Source: a virus
Virus record (IMG/VR): IMGVR_UViG_3300029339_000293
Reading direction: 5' to 3' (one strand)
Length of the DNA: 64,000 bases
Position numbers and translations under genes: made by a program. Positions within the stretch are counted from its first letter, which is position 1, and each line of letters opens with the position of its first letter. The notes below the pieces were generated by a model that saw only the letters and a program-made list of their open reading frames with translations, was not told the origin of the DNA and did no database searches. Positions 1-8,942 of this stretch are shown here, piece by piece.

Positions 1-253
1 GAACCTGTTGCTTTCCGACTGAACCCACTTCACATTTGGAAAAAGAGTGTTTGGAATCTCAATTCTCTTAACACCTTTTTTAATAGTCAGGCATTTAACA
101 TCCGAAAAGGATTTCTTGCTTTCAGGTATATTGAGACCATATTCCAAAATAAGATATTCTATCCCAGGCTGGACCTCAATATCAATCGCTTCACTTGCTA
201 AATCATCCGTTTCAAACGTATACGTTACGCCATTCTTTGCTTCTTTTCTCATT
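1..253 (-). CDS. N-terminal part of a BspA-type LRR family protein (5' partial; the gene continues below coordinate 1); fifth paralog of the LRR family
   Basis: Minus-strand translation from ATG at 253 (RBS GGAAATAAAAAAATG) gives MRKEAKNGVTYTFETDD...VKCLTIKKGVKRIEIPNTLFPNVKWV. This matches the conserved N-terminal module of the other four LRR paralogs (FPDV..L.I......IEIPN.LFPNVKNVIS). Confidence 0.4.
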
Positions 254-310
254 TTTTTATTTCCTTTCTTTTTTTTGTTTATACATACAATATGCCAAAA
301 TCCTCAAGGC

Positions 311-340
311 AGAAAAACACCCGGAGAATTACTCTCCGGG
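311..340 (-). terminator. Rho-independent terminator of gene 329..799
   Basis: Hairpin CCCGGAGAATTACTCTCCGGG followed by a T-run on the minus strand. Confidence 0.5.
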
Positions 341-799
341 CTGTCTACTTTCCAAAATTTTTAATATTATTATTTGAATCTGCGGCAGCATTGCAAGAAA
401 GAACATGCCAAACGTTGCCATCCACAACATGAATCCCAACACCAGAGCCGGTCCAACATCAATCAGGCTGTCGGCTGCAGCTTTTTCAATCAGTGCTCCA
501 ACTCCGGCACAAAGCAATATCATTAACATGAACGCTGCCAGAAGATTTACAATAAACATTCCGGCATACCACGCAGCTTTCCACCATCCACTTTTTGATT
601 TTCCTTTTTCGTTTATCTTTTTGCTTACCGGCATCAGGAACCACCCGCAAATCGGTATCAGAATCAGCAGCGGGATTGAGAACACGGCGAAAAACAGCCA
701 GTCGTCTTTAGCAGCAATAAGCAGAATCGCCCAGGTGATGATGGCAATGATTTCTGTAATGAGGTTAACTTTTCCAGAAGTTGTCAGATTTTTAAGCAT
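329..799 (-). CDS. Multi-pass membrane protein, unknown function
   Basis: ORF of 156 aa with several hydrophobic segments; RBS AGGAGGT upstream of ATG at 799; terminator hairpin at the 3' end. Confidence 0.5.
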   Translation of the reverse strand: MLKNLTTSGKVNLITEIIAIITWAILLIAAKDDWLFFAVFSIPLLILIPICGWFLMPVSKKINEKGKSKSGWWKAAWYAGMFIVNLLAAFMLMILLCAGVGALIEKAAADSLIDVGPALVLGFMLWMATFGMFFLAMLPQIQIIILKILESRQPGE

Positions 800-890
800 A
801 TTTTTACCTCCTGTTTTTTATTTTTGTATATGCAATATGCAGAAAATTTCTGGCAGAAAAAGCCCGGAGCATTAAGCTCCGGGGTGAATT

Positions 891-2309
891 TTATCGCCAT
901 TTTTTCGCATCTATATATTGGCCCGTCTTATTTACTACAACCAGGCAAGCATAATCTGGAAGCATCATTATTTCGTCTTTATCCAGTATTTTTTGTATAC
1001 AAGCAACAGGGTACTTATTCTTTTGAAATGCGTATTTATTTTTCATATTCTTTTTTATTTTTTGTCTAAAGTATTCAGCCGTATGCTCATCAATGGCATC
1101 AAAACAAACATATACATTAAAGGCTTGCGAAATATAATTCCAATCATTATATATCGCTTCAACAATCGTAATTGACGGTAACAATATATCAAATGACATG
1201 TTGAAGTTTTGACAAGATGTCAGCTTATGTTTAAGTTCAGGTATAAAGCAAGCGTTATCTATACCGTCAATTATAAATTTTACATGAACTTCTTGACGAG
1301 ATTCATAAGATTCTCTCATAAGCGAATCGTATATTTGAGATATCAAAATTGCTGTTAAAACTTTTGTAGCTTCACTGGCTTTTGAGTATGTAATGAGTAA
1401 ACAGCTTTTTGGCTGTCTGAGGCTCTGAATATCAAGTTCGCCGTTAGTGTTACTTTTTTGATATGATATTTTACCTCTTTCATATTTGTATATGTCTGTA
1501 AAAAGACTAAACCTCATTATCGCATCTGTAATTACTTTTTTTTGTGTTTTGATATCAGAACATTTAAAGAGCTGATACTGTCTCAGGCACAAAGAATTAC
1601 AAAGTAGGTCTTGAAGCTTAGATTCTTCATTATTGTTGTTTATATCTTCGCAATTTAAATGTCTCTGATTTGTACGATAATGTATTGATTGTACTATTTT
1701 TCTCTGTCCATTGAATAGCTCATCCAAATGATTGTTTACGTCAAATCCATTACTGCAGTAATATGTATATTGAGAAGGCCTGGCTCTGGCACTGGCAGGT
1801 AATATATAAGCGAGTTTTAACATCCATAATATAGTGTTTAAATTGCAGACGCTTTCATCAGCAATTTCTACCAGATACAAAATTAATGATGTAAGCAGTG
1901 TCTTTTCTAATTGTAATTCTAGCGAATCAAGGTGACAATCATCCAATGCATTGTTTATGATGCAGTCGACGATTTTTTTAGCATCCTCTTCGGCATCAAT
2001 ATGTTTTAACGGGTCATATTGAACTGTTGACATATATCCATCCAAATCTAAAATCTGGATATGGCGTCCATCTTCTTCCATTTCATGTTGTATTTTAAAA
2101 GCTGAAATTTCCGGAATGCCAACAACCACATATGAATTATCTGCCTGCGATAAATTTGGCTCAATATATTTTCGTTGTACTTCCGAATCGTTTGGCTCTA
2201 TTATAAGCGCATTATTATTTTCTCCTTTGCTTATTGGAATCTGTATATTTTCCGAATATGTAACACCTTGTTTTCCTTGTTTTGTAGTATTTACTTTCCT
2301 TTTAATCAT
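891..2309 (-). CDS. Large hypothetical protein with a C-terminal region resembling the TraG-D_C domain of TraG/VirD4 coupling proteins; no Walker A recognised
   Basis: 472 aa; RBS GGAGGA. The segment KFIIDGIDNACFIPELKHKLTSCQNFNMSFDILLPSITIVEAIY resembles the TraG-D_C pattern (LDEF.N...IP.L...L...R...I...LQS..QL). The N-terminus lacks GxxGxGK[ST]. Confidence 0.4.
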   Translation of the reverse strand: MIKRKVNTTKQGKQGVTYSENIQIPISKGENNNALIIEPNDSEVQRKYIEPNLSQADNSYVVVGIPEISAFKIQHEMEEDGRHIQILDLDGYMSTVQYDPLKHIDAEEDAKKIVDCIINNALDDCHLDSLELQLEKTLLTSLILYLVEIADESVCNLNTILWMLKLAYILPASARARPSQYTYYCSNGFDVNNHLDELFNGQRKIVQSIHYRTNQRHLNCEDINNNNEESKLQDLLCNSLCLRQYQLFKCSDIKTQKKVITDAIMRFSLFTDIYKYERGKISYQKSNTNGELDIQSLRQPKSCLLITYSKASEATKVLTAILISQIYDSLMRESYESRQEVHVKFIIDGIDNACFIPELKHKLTSCQNFNMSFDILLPSITIVEAIYNDWNYISQAFNVYVCFDAIDEHTAEYFRQKIKKNMKNKYAFQKNKYPVACIQKILDKDEIMMLPDYACLVVVNKTGQYIDAKKWR

Positions 2310-2442
2310 TTTTAATTATTAATCCTCCATTTTACTTTTATTTTATTCAATATGCAAAATAATCCGAATTTTGTAATATTTTTTACTCCCAACTTTTCAT
2401 ATCCTTATTTTGGACACGTAATATGCAAAATCTTCAAAAACA

Positions 2443-2466
2443 AAAAGAGACTGGAATATTCCAGTC
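2443..2466 (-). terminator. Terminator of gene 2471..3382
   Basis: Perfect hairpin GAGACTGGAATATTCCAGTCTC followed by a T-run on the minus strand. Confidence 0.55.
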
Positions 2467-2470
2467 TCAC

Positions 2471-3382
2471 TTATTTTCGTTTATTTTTTCTATTCTTAAC
2501 AATTTCCGCATCCACATCATTCCTGATGTCCCGGTATTTTTCCTCGTTTTCTCTTTTTCTGGTTTCTTTTTCTAAGAAATTTTTGTAGTCTACCTTATTT
2601 TCGCCAAGGATTGCCCGTTCGTTGACGTAATCTATCACAAGTTTTTCTGCCGTTTCAGCATCTATGTACTGGCTCAAAGCATCAGCAGTTTTATTGACAG
2701 CGAACTGCTCAGCATCAAGTTCAGATATCATCTGGTAATAATTTGCATCAAAATATATATCGCTTACCCTGGCAAGATAGCTTATTGCAAGCGCTACGTC
2801 CTCCTCCTCATTGTCTCGCATGTTGAGATACTGATTCAGCCTTCCTTCCATATGTCTGTACTGATGATTTAACCCCATCAGGACGTCTACAAACTCCATA
2901 TCGTCCACAAATTCGTCAGCTGCTGCTATTCCAATGTTTTTCAGGTTAACAATTACCAGCCGGTTTTCTTTTTCGTCTAAGGTGTCCTCTGCGATGCCGT
3001 GAATACTGTCAAATTTTAATTTGTCTGCCAAAACAAACCAGACTTTCTCTTCGGTTTTATCCTGCAGGTGCAGGCTGTACGAAAATGCCAATTCTGCCAG
3101 GATTTTCACTGCTTCTGATTTTGTAAGATTGAGAACATCATGCTTAATTTCTTTTTTCTCTTTATCTTCTACCTCTTTCTCGCCGCCCTCTACAAGAAAA
3201 CGCTTCAGCTCCGGCAGTCCTCCATCAATATCATAACTGCCGCCGCTGGTCAGCAGCATTGCATACAGACCCGCATCGTTTACATGTATCATGCATTCTT
3301 CCAGATATTTTGGATTTTCTTTTATTTTTTCTTTTGCAAATTTGAGTGCGATTTTATCAAATTTTTCAATAATGATTCCCAT
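2471..3382 (-). CDS. Hypothetical protein (303 aa), acidic/charged
   Basis: ORF with RBS AAGGAGAG; no motif recognised. Confidence 0.5.
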   Translation of the reverse strand: MGIIIEKFDKIALKFAKEKIKENPKYLEECMIHVNDAGLYAMLLTSGGSYDIDGGLPELKRFLVEGGEKEVEDKEKKEIKHDVLNLTKSEAVKILAELAFSYSLHLQDKTEEKVWFVLADKLKFDSIHGIAEDTLDEKENRLVIVNLKNIGIAAADEFVDDMEFVDVLMGLNHQYRHMEGRLNQYLNMRDNEEEDVALAISYLARVSDIYFDANYYQMISELDAEQFAVNKTADALSQYIDAETAEKLVIDYVNERAILGENKVDYKNFLEKETRKRENEEKYRDIRNDVDAEIVKNRKNKRK

Positions 3383-3383
3383 T

Positions 3384-3914
3384 TTAACTCTCCTTCTCTT
3401 TTTCTGTATTTTCTTTTTCTCTTCCTTTTTCTTCCATCTTCTCTCTCCATGTCACCCCGACCGCAATCGCCGACCATACATCTTTCTTCACTCCGAAGAA
3501 CACGTCGGGCTCTTTTTTAGTTCCTTTTCCATTTTTTTTATCTGTTTTTGCATACCGGTCAATCAGTGCCTGACGGATATTGGCATCTTTCGCCCGCAGG
3601 GTATTGCAAAGACAGAGCTTTTCTTCCTTCCGGTAGATTCTATCAACCGGGATGCCTCTGTCTATCGCTGCCTGGATAAGCCTTCCATTCCACAAAATAG
3701 ACTCAATCGTACTCTCTCCAATTGCCATTCCGAAACTCTGGAATTGTTCATAAACCAGCTGGTCATAGCCGTTATTTTTGATTATCTGCATAAGAGCTTC
3801 ATTCGCAATTTTGCCGAATGATAATAGTTTTATATCGTCTTTATCAAACCGCATGATTGCATAGCCGGAGTCTACGGTTCCGACATCTATTGCGAGGATT
3901 TTATCTGTTGTCAT
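3384..3914 (-). CDS. RuvC/YqgF-like Holliday-junction resolvase family protein
   Basis: N-terminus ILAIDVGTVDSGYAIM matches the RuvC/YqgF ILGIDPG..+GYA catalytic Asp motif; 176 aa with a basic C-terminal tail; RBS AAGGAGAT. Confidence 0.55.
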   Translation of the reverse strand: MTTDKILAIDVGTVDSGYAIMRFDKDDIKLLSFGKIANEALMQIIKNNGYDQLVYEQFQSFGMAIGESTIESILWNGRLIQAAIDRGIPVDRIYRKEEKLCLCNTLRAKDANIRQALIDRYAKTDKKNGKGTKKEPDVFFGVKKDVWSAIAVGVTWREKMEEKGREKENTEKEKES

Positions 3915-4111
3915 ATTTTTTATCTCCTTTTTTGCATATATGTTTAGTATGCTGAAAAAATTGAGTGGAGAAGAAAAAAAATAAAGTAAATCTAACCATT
4001 AAGCAAAAAAAGACAAGGCTTAAATACCTCGTCTTAAAAGAAATTGCATTTTGTCTTGCTACAAAATACATTTTCTGCTATCCTATTTTTTAGAGGGTGC
4101 TGGCTGGCATT

Positions 4112-4178
4112 TTTTGCCACTTGTCTAGTTCCATACGTGCAGGAGTCCAATTCCTGTACGTAAAGACTAGACAAGGAG
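4112..4178 (+). other. Long imperfect hairpin directly 5' of a small peptide ORF; the stem includes the Shine-Dalgarno sequence
   Basis: CTTGTCTAGTTCCATACGTGCAGGAG..CTCCTGTACGTAAAGACTAGACAAGG; the inner arms ACGTGCAGGA/TCCTGTACGT are near-complementary. The 3' arm ends in GACAAGGAGG. Confidence 0.5.
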
Positions 4179-4188
4179 GTGAGATTAA

Positions 4189-4272
4189 ATGAATTATTCA
4201 TTATATCTCGAGTATTTAAGATTCTTATTTGACTTAGTACTCTTTTTATACTGCGTTAGTAGATGCAAGTAA
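4189..4272 (+). CDS. 27-aa hydrophobic peptide MNYSLYLEYLRFLFDLVLFLYCVSRCK (candidate type I toxin-like peptide)
   Basis: Perfect RBS AGGAGGTG 7 nt before ATG; predicted single TM helix with a C-terminal basic residue; the RBS lies inside the upstream hairpin stem. Confidence 0.3.
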   Translation: MNYSLYLEYLRFLFDLVLFLYCVSRCK

Positions 4273-4422
4273 TTAACTTGTTAAAAACTTAATCCTGGCG
4301 TAAGTCAGTTAATATGTGTCGCCAGCATTCCTCTATATTTAATATGCTAAATATTTTCAAAAAGAGACGTTTTTTTTTGAAAAATATTTTTATTTTTTTG
4401 TTGCCATCTTACTCACACACAA

Positions 4423-4447
4423 AAAGCGAAGCCTTGCGGCCTCGCTC
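4423..4447 (-). terminator. Terminator of gene 4453..5400
   Basis: GCGAAGCCTTGCGGCCTCGC hairpin followed by a T-run on the minus strand. Confidence 0.45.
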
Positions 4448-4452
4448 GCATA

Positions 4453-5400
4453 TCACACCCCCAGTTCTTTTCTCAACTCATCAACCTTCTTTCTTTCCTC
4501 ATCAGTAATCTCGCACCACTCAAAATACTTCTTCCAAAACTCCTCGCCTTCTTTTTCAAGCATTTTTCCGTATGTTTTTTTGAAGTATTCGCAGTAATAC
4601 TGCAATTCCTTTTGACGGTCAAAGAAAATGCCGTGTTTTTTTGCTAATGCTATCTTTTCTTTTGGCTCTTTTTCCTGTTCTTTTTTGCATTTCAGAGTCA
4701 AAATTCCGGCTTCAATACATTCTCCAAAATCAGACATTTTAAGATAGTATTCTGACTCGCTTTCTGTCCACTTTTTGGCAAATTCCTGGCGCAGCTTTCC
4801 GATTATCGGCTTCACCTTCTTGTTTTCTGCATCATATTTTGCAGAAAACTGGTCGTCCAGTCGTGAAGACAATTCTTCATATTCTGGAGTGCCTTTTTTT
4901 AGGTTTCTGTATTTACCTTCTTTTAACGCATCCATCCATTCACGCATGATTTTGTCAACCGGTTTATGCAGTTCTTTTATCTTTTTCATCAATTCATCAG
5001 ACTCAACTGCATATTGATTAACATCAGCGATTGATTTGAACTTGAAATTTCCGCCGCCGTAATAGCTGATATTTTTGCGGTTTTTTTTAAGTATTTCTTC
5101 AAATTCATCACCAGCATTTTCTTTGTAAACGGAAGCCTTCAAAAGTCCGTCTTTAATTACATGTGCGACCCAGTCACTTCCATCGTTTGGGTCAAGGGCA
5201 GGGTTAAAATCAAAAATAATGAAGTTTTTTCCATAATTATAAGCCAGGGAGCGGTAAGGGATTTTGCTTCCATTTCCGTAATACTTTAAATTACCTCCGT
5301 GACCGCCGATAGAACCTTCTGGTGACAGTGACATCACATCAAAACTGTACCAAGGAAAGCATTTAACCTGTTCGCCGTTAAGTGTATCGTACATACCCAT
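4453..5400 (-). CDS. Hypothetical protein (315 aa)
   Basis: ORF with RBS AAGGAGAT; promoter-like motif at 5437-5460. Confidence 0.5.
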   Translation of the reverse strand: MGMYDTLNGEQVKCFPWYSFDVMSLSPEGSIGGHGGNLKYYGNGSKIPYRSLAYNYGKNFIIFDFNPALDPNDGSDWVAHVIKDGLLKASVYKENAGDEFEEILKKNRKNISYYGGGNFKFKSIADVNQYAVESDELMKKIKELHKPVDKIMREWMDALKEGKYRNLKKGTPEYEELSSRLDDQFSAKYDAENKKVKPIIGKLRQEFAKKWTESESEYYLKMSDFGECIEAGILTLKCKKEQEKEPKEKIALAKKHGIFFDRQKELQYYCEYFKKTYGKMLEKEGEEFWKKYFEWCEITDEERKKVDELRKELGV

Positions 5401-5467
5401 AATTTAATCTCCTTTTCGTTGTTATTTTTTAGATACATTGTTAATATGCGGGATTTTTGTGGAGAAA

Positions 5468-5495
5468 AAAGACAGTGGAAAAATCCACTGTCTTT
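5468..5495 (-). terminator. Terminator ending the tnpB/right-end transcript of IS element 1
   Basis: AGACAGTGGAAAAATCCACTGTCT hairpin followed by a T-run on the minus strand. Confidence 0.45.
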
Positions 5496-5499
5496 AAAA

Positions 5500-5872
5500 A
5501 TCAGAACAATTTCGTTACGTCTACCAGGTATTTTGCTGTATTTTTCTTAATGTACTATACAGTCTTTTCTGACATTTCTACGCCAGAGCCCTCAAAAATA
5601 ACGTTTCCGTCATTTTTAATCCTGCAGACACATCCCTCAGAAATCTGTTCTCTCTTGCCGTTCTCAAAAGTAACGTGAACCTCACATGACTTAAGTCACG
5701 TGCTTCTAGTAATGTGTCATACTCCCTCTACCTTTTTAATCAGTAAAGCACCCTGTCTCTGAATACGATTTAAGCTTAGTTAATAATATCCCGGAGGATG
5801 TTAATATCTCTGAATCTGACGAAACAGAGACCCACACCAAAATTAGAACATAGACAGGTGGACTGTATTTAT
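5500..5872 (-). ncRNA. Candidate ωRNA/right-end region of TnpB-1
   Basis: Sits directly 3' of tnpB, contains hairpins, and ends at the terminator at 5468-5495. Assigned by position only. Confidence 0.3.
5555..5690 (-). pseudogene. Detached C-terminal fragment of the gene interrupted by IS element 1 (N-terminal part at 7468..8217)
   Basis: Clean minus-strand reading frame EVHVTFENGKREQISEGCVCRIKNDGNVIFEGSGVEMSEKTV* with no start codon, directly beyond the IS right end. Confidence 0.35.
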
Positions 5873-7252
5873 CTAAGCTGCGGCAAGCTCTTTTACAAGC
5901 GTCCGCAGTGTTGATAATGTACAGGAGGTTCTACGCCCAACGTCAGGAACTTTTGCCTTTACGCGGGACTCTTCCGTCGCCGAAAGAGATTTAAGGAGTT
6001 CACGGATAAAATATCTGGCGCCGATATTGTAGCTGGCGCTCAGGTCGCAGTTATACTGTTTGCCTGTTGTGAACGTTGCAAGAGCATGGTTATTATCATC
6101 TCTGGCAACACTTCCACTTCCATCAAAAGCAAGAGCGCTTGTTTTCCACGCACAGATTGTAGCGATTCTTATTCCACGAAGATGTGCTTTCTGTTCTACA
6201 CATTTCCTGATTGCCCCATGATTCCACATGGACAGCTTTTGAGCTTTACTGCCACGCTTCTTACAACATTTAAAATCCAGATGTTCCATTACGATTACAT
6301 CTACAGAATTCTGTGCTGCAAATTCTACGATAGCGGAAGCCGTCTTTTTCGCACGGTTATTGTTTAATCGTTTTACATAAGCCCAAAGGCTCGTAGCACT
6401 TCTTGGGCCATACTTGGACTGTTTACGGCGTGTGCGGTTCATTGCATGAATCATCCGGTCTTTGTCACTTGTAAAATCGATAAACTTTCTTGCAAGGATA
6501 GTTCCATCTGCCTTCATTATGCTGCATACTGCGTCCGTATTGATTCCAAGGTCTACTGCACAGATAATCTGTTCTGCAATAGGTGTATCGCTTAAAATTA
6601 CGGTTTCCGTAAAAGAAAATCTCAGGTAGTATTTATTATGTATTTTTTCTAATGTAGGGGCGCTTTTATCTTCGCAGGCTCCCCAGTATTTATTTATATA
6701 ATTAATATCAGTTTTTCTTAATCTGACAGGAATCCACACCCAATCATTATTCTGATATAACTTTATCCATCTGATATTGCTGTCGCCTGGGTTCATGTCT
6801 TTTGGATATTTGGCATTTTTAGGTGCGTCTTCCTTGTACATGTTCTTATTGTAAAACACCGGCATTGCATGCATGTTCATCTGTAATGATGGAGCTTTTC
6901 CGTTCTTTCCATTATCTTCCCAGTTCTTATAATTGCTACGATAACTGCTTACAGCACCGATTGCTTCAGCAATAACCGCTCTTTTGAGATATGATGGAAA
7001 TTTATAGAATTCAGACCCCTTGATATCAAATGGATATTTAGGGTTTTGATTACTCTTAGTTTGATGTATTAATTTCTCAACAAAGCTTTTCTTTTGTACT
7101 TGAGATTCAATTGCCGAAATATCAATCCATTCTTTATTACATACATCAATAACGAAGGCAAGTGCCCTGCGGTAAATCTGTACTGTGTTTTTCATATCTG
7201 TATTTGATAAAATTTCTACTTGATAGCTTGAAGTGATTTCCATACAAGACAC
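5873..7252 (-). CDS. tnpB: IS200/IS605-family transposase accessory protein TnpB (OrfB), copy 1
   Basis: 459 aa; RuvC-like motifs and the C-terminal YNCDLSASYNIGARYFIRELLKS are typical of TnpB; RBS AGGAGGTG. Confidence 0.9.
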   Translation of the reverse strand: MSCMEITSSYQVEILSNTDMKNTVQIYRRALAFVIDVCNKEWIDISAIESQVQKKSFVEKLIHQTKSNQNPKYPFDIKGSEFYKFPSYLKRAVIAEAIGAVSSYRSNYKNWEDNGKNGKAPSLQMNMHAMPVFYNKNMYKEDAPKNAKYPKDMNPGDSNIRWIKLYQNNDWVWIPVRLRKTDINYINKYWGACEDKSAPTLEKIHNKYYLRFSFTETVILSDTPIAEQIICAVDLGINTDAVCSIMKADGTILARKFIDFTSDKDRMIHAMNRTRRKQSKYGPRSATSLWAYVKRLNNNRAKKTASAIVEFAAQNSVDVIVMEHLDFKCCKKRGSKAQKLSMWNHGAIRKCVEQKAHLRGIRIATICAWKTSALAFDGSGSVARDDNNHALATFTTGKQYNCDLSASYNIGARYFIRELLKSLSATEESRVKAKVPDVGRRTSCTLSTLRTLVKELAAA

Positions 7253-7291
7253 CTCCTTTTGTAAAAATTTGTATTTAAATCTCTTGCATAT

Positions 7292-7309
7292 TTAATATGC
7301 CGAAAAAAT
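7292..7309 (-). promoter_or_regulatory. Instance of the conserved promoter-like motif (plus strand TTAATATGCCGAAAAAAT; gene-sense ATTTTTTCGGCATATTAA) upstream of tnpB-1, followed by TTTTTGCGAAAAAA at 7322-7340
   Basis: Recurrent motif, see findings. Confidence 0.5.
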
Positions 7310-7467
7310 AAAAAACGGGACGATTTTTTGCGAAAAAATTTAATGAAAACAAAAAAATCTCTACGCCGAAACGTAGAGAAATAAAATGTCGTGATAACTC
7401 GCCGTTACCGGCTCGTTACCAGAGCAAGCATAAACGATATTTTTATGTACTTAAAAAGCAAAGCCGT

Positions 7468-8217
7468 CTAACTCACGACTATTGAAATCTGGTGATACCT
7501 CGCCGTTACCGGCTCGGTACCAGAATAAATATAACGAATTCGGCGTAGCCGATGAGTTATCAAAGCCACAAGCATCATGCGGCGGCTAATTTTGTCAAAA
7601 GGCTTTGCGAAAGCATAATACTTTCCAAGCTGAATTTTATTGGCCGCTTCAAAGTTTTTCGGATGCTTTTTCACGGCTTCAGAAATACGTTTCATTTTCT
7701 CTTCAGTCGTCTCCTCCGGTTCATCCTTATGCATCGCTTTCAGCGCCTTAACATACCAGATGTTGTTAATGTCATCATCGGTAATATCTTTCAGTTCTTC
7801 CAGGCTTTCAATAATGCCCCACCAGCTCTCAGCACCAAAGATGATTCGTTGCAAATCAAAAACATAAATCGCCGGATTTGTCGCCATCCCGACAGTCAGT
7901 TCACCTGATTTGTTATTATAACTTACCGTCTGAGACCACGGCTGGTTTCCGAGATACAGTCCAAGATATGTTTTACCTCCATATTCTTTATTGCATGGGC
8001 GAATCTTGACCAAACTACCGGCACGTCCCATCATCAGTTGTTTCATTTTATCACATTTGATGCTGTTGACCTGAATCGGATACTCAATGTACCGGCTTTC
8101 ATAGTTCGGGCAGTTTTCACACTGCTCATTGCTGACGCATACAGACATATCATCTTCGTCTGCATCTCCTCTCTCCTGCATCATTTTTTTTATTTTTTCT
8201 TTACACATTTTAACCAC
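7468..8217 (-). CDS. Hypothetical Cys-rich protein whose 3' end is replaced by IS left-end sequence (N-terminal part of the IS-interrupted gene)
   Basis: 249 aa, GTG or ATG start overlapping the stop of the upstream gene. The last ~28 codons (ITHRLRRIRYIYSGTEPVTARYHQISIVVS) are encoded by the IS left-end repeats. Confidence 0.5.
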   Translation of the reverse strand: MVKMCKEKIKKMMQERGDADEDDMSVCVSNEQCENCPNYESRYIEYPIQVNSIKCDKMKQLMMGRAGSLVKIRPCNKEYGGKTYLGLYLGNQPWSQTVSYNNKSGELTVGMATNPAIYVFDLQRIIFGAESWWGIIESLEELKDITDDDINNIWYVKALKAMHKDEPEETTEEKMKRISEAVKKHPKNFEAANKIQLGKYYAFAKPFDKISRRMMLVALITHRLRRIRYIYSGTEPVTARYHQISIVVS

Positions 8218-8600
8218 AGCACCAACGCAAGCAGTAGCAGCATTGCATCAATTGCTGCAAATGGCAGTATGTTTTCAATTTCAGATTCGTATGGCAAAAC
8301 TTCTGACTTATCAGTCTTGCTTATTTTAATTTCTTTTTTATCTCCTCTTTTCATCTCTGTTACGCGGGATGAACGTTGTGTTGTATATTCCTTGCCGTTA
8401 TATGTATATTTGTAAGTTACCTGTATGTTGCTCTGGTTATCAATTGCGATATCATCAATTTCTGCGGTCACCTGAATGCTATTTTTGTAGCAGCCATGCA
8501 GTTTCAGGGTATACGCAAAAACCCCGGCCGCTGCAGTCAGAATCAGTACAAACAATACGATTGTAATGCGTGTTGCTATTGCTTCTTTTTTTTCGTCCAC
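8190..8600 (-). CDS. DUF3592-like small membrane protein (TM - beta-rich domain - TM), paralog 1
   Basis: GTG start with RBS AAGGAGGTG; N-terminal TM helix, core VTAEIDDIAIDNQSNIQVTYKYTYNGKEYTTQRSS..GDKKEIKISK, C-terminal TM helix. Confidence 0.5.
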   Translation of the reverse strand: MDEKKEAIATRITIVLFVLILTAAAGVFAYTLKLHGCYKNSIQVTAEIDDIAIDNQSNIQVTYKYTYNGKEYTTQRSSRVTEMKRGDKKEIKISKTDKSEVLPYESEIENILPFAAIDAMLLLLALVLWLKCVKKK

Positions 8601-8630
8601 AAGAGCACCTCCTTATTTTTTTTGTAAAAA

Positions 8631-8650
8631 CAATATGCCGAATTTTTTAC
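8631..8650 (-). promoter_or_regulatory. Promoter-like motif CAATATGCCGAATTTTTTAC upstream of 8190..8600
   Basis: Motif ends 38 nt upstream of the start codon on the gene-sense strand. Confidence 0.5.
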
Positions 8651-8942
8651 CGGCTGGTGATATTTTTGCGGATTTTTTTGTAATTATTTTTGTTTCTTTT
8701 CAGGTGCGCAAAAAAACTGTTGCTAAATAAGCAATCTTGTGTATATGTTTTCATTATTTTTTTCTCCCTTCTTTATTTTTTTGCATAATTAACATGCAAA
8801 ATACCGATTACGATTAGAAAAATACATGTAGGCTTTTTTTGTTAGAATTACTTATTTTTTGTTTTTATTTTTGCTCTCTTCCACAATTGTGCAAATGTTA
8901 CGCACATGATTTTGTCGCAGTCCCAACACTTTCCGCCTTAAC

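Larger units (their letters stand above)
5691..7565 (-). mobile_element. IS200/IS605-family TnpB-only element (IS1341-like), about 1.9 kb, inserted within a host gene
   Basis: TnpB ORF plus a left end with repeated GATAaCTCGCCGTTACCGGCTCGkTACCAGA units and the hairpin TCTCTACGCCGAAACGTAGAGA; right end with near-palindrome CACATGACTTAAGTCACGTG. Boundaries are approximate. Confidence 0.55.

Noticed and set aside
47-875. Plus-strand ORFs 47..364, 195..377, 405..875 and many similar plus-strand ORFs throughout the window (e.g. 9046..9258, 10312..10524, 12264..12835, 15013..15711, 16598..16921, 33439..33757)
   Set aside because: They lie antisense or out of frame within well-supported minus-strand genes, lack RBSs and have low-complexity translations. 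They are shadow ORFs. The Arg-rich 16598..16921 is simply the reverse complement of the Gly-rich N-terminus of 15844..16848.
7292-7309. Possibility that the recurrent motif is a Bacillus sigma-E or sigma-K type promoter (GCATATT resembles the sigma-E -35 kmATATT; CATA resembles the sigma-K -10)
   Set aside because: The expected partner elements are absent in the instances checked (CATACA-T 14 nt downstream for sigma-E; AC 16-17 nt upstream for sigma-K). The resemblance is probably coincidental.
8640-8753. Possible 37-aa minus-strand ORF between two promoter motifs at 8640-8753, and a 57-aa minus-strand ORF antisense to the 4189 peptide
   Set aside because: No RBS and basic low-complexity translation. 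More likely untranslated leader or antisense RNA sequence.
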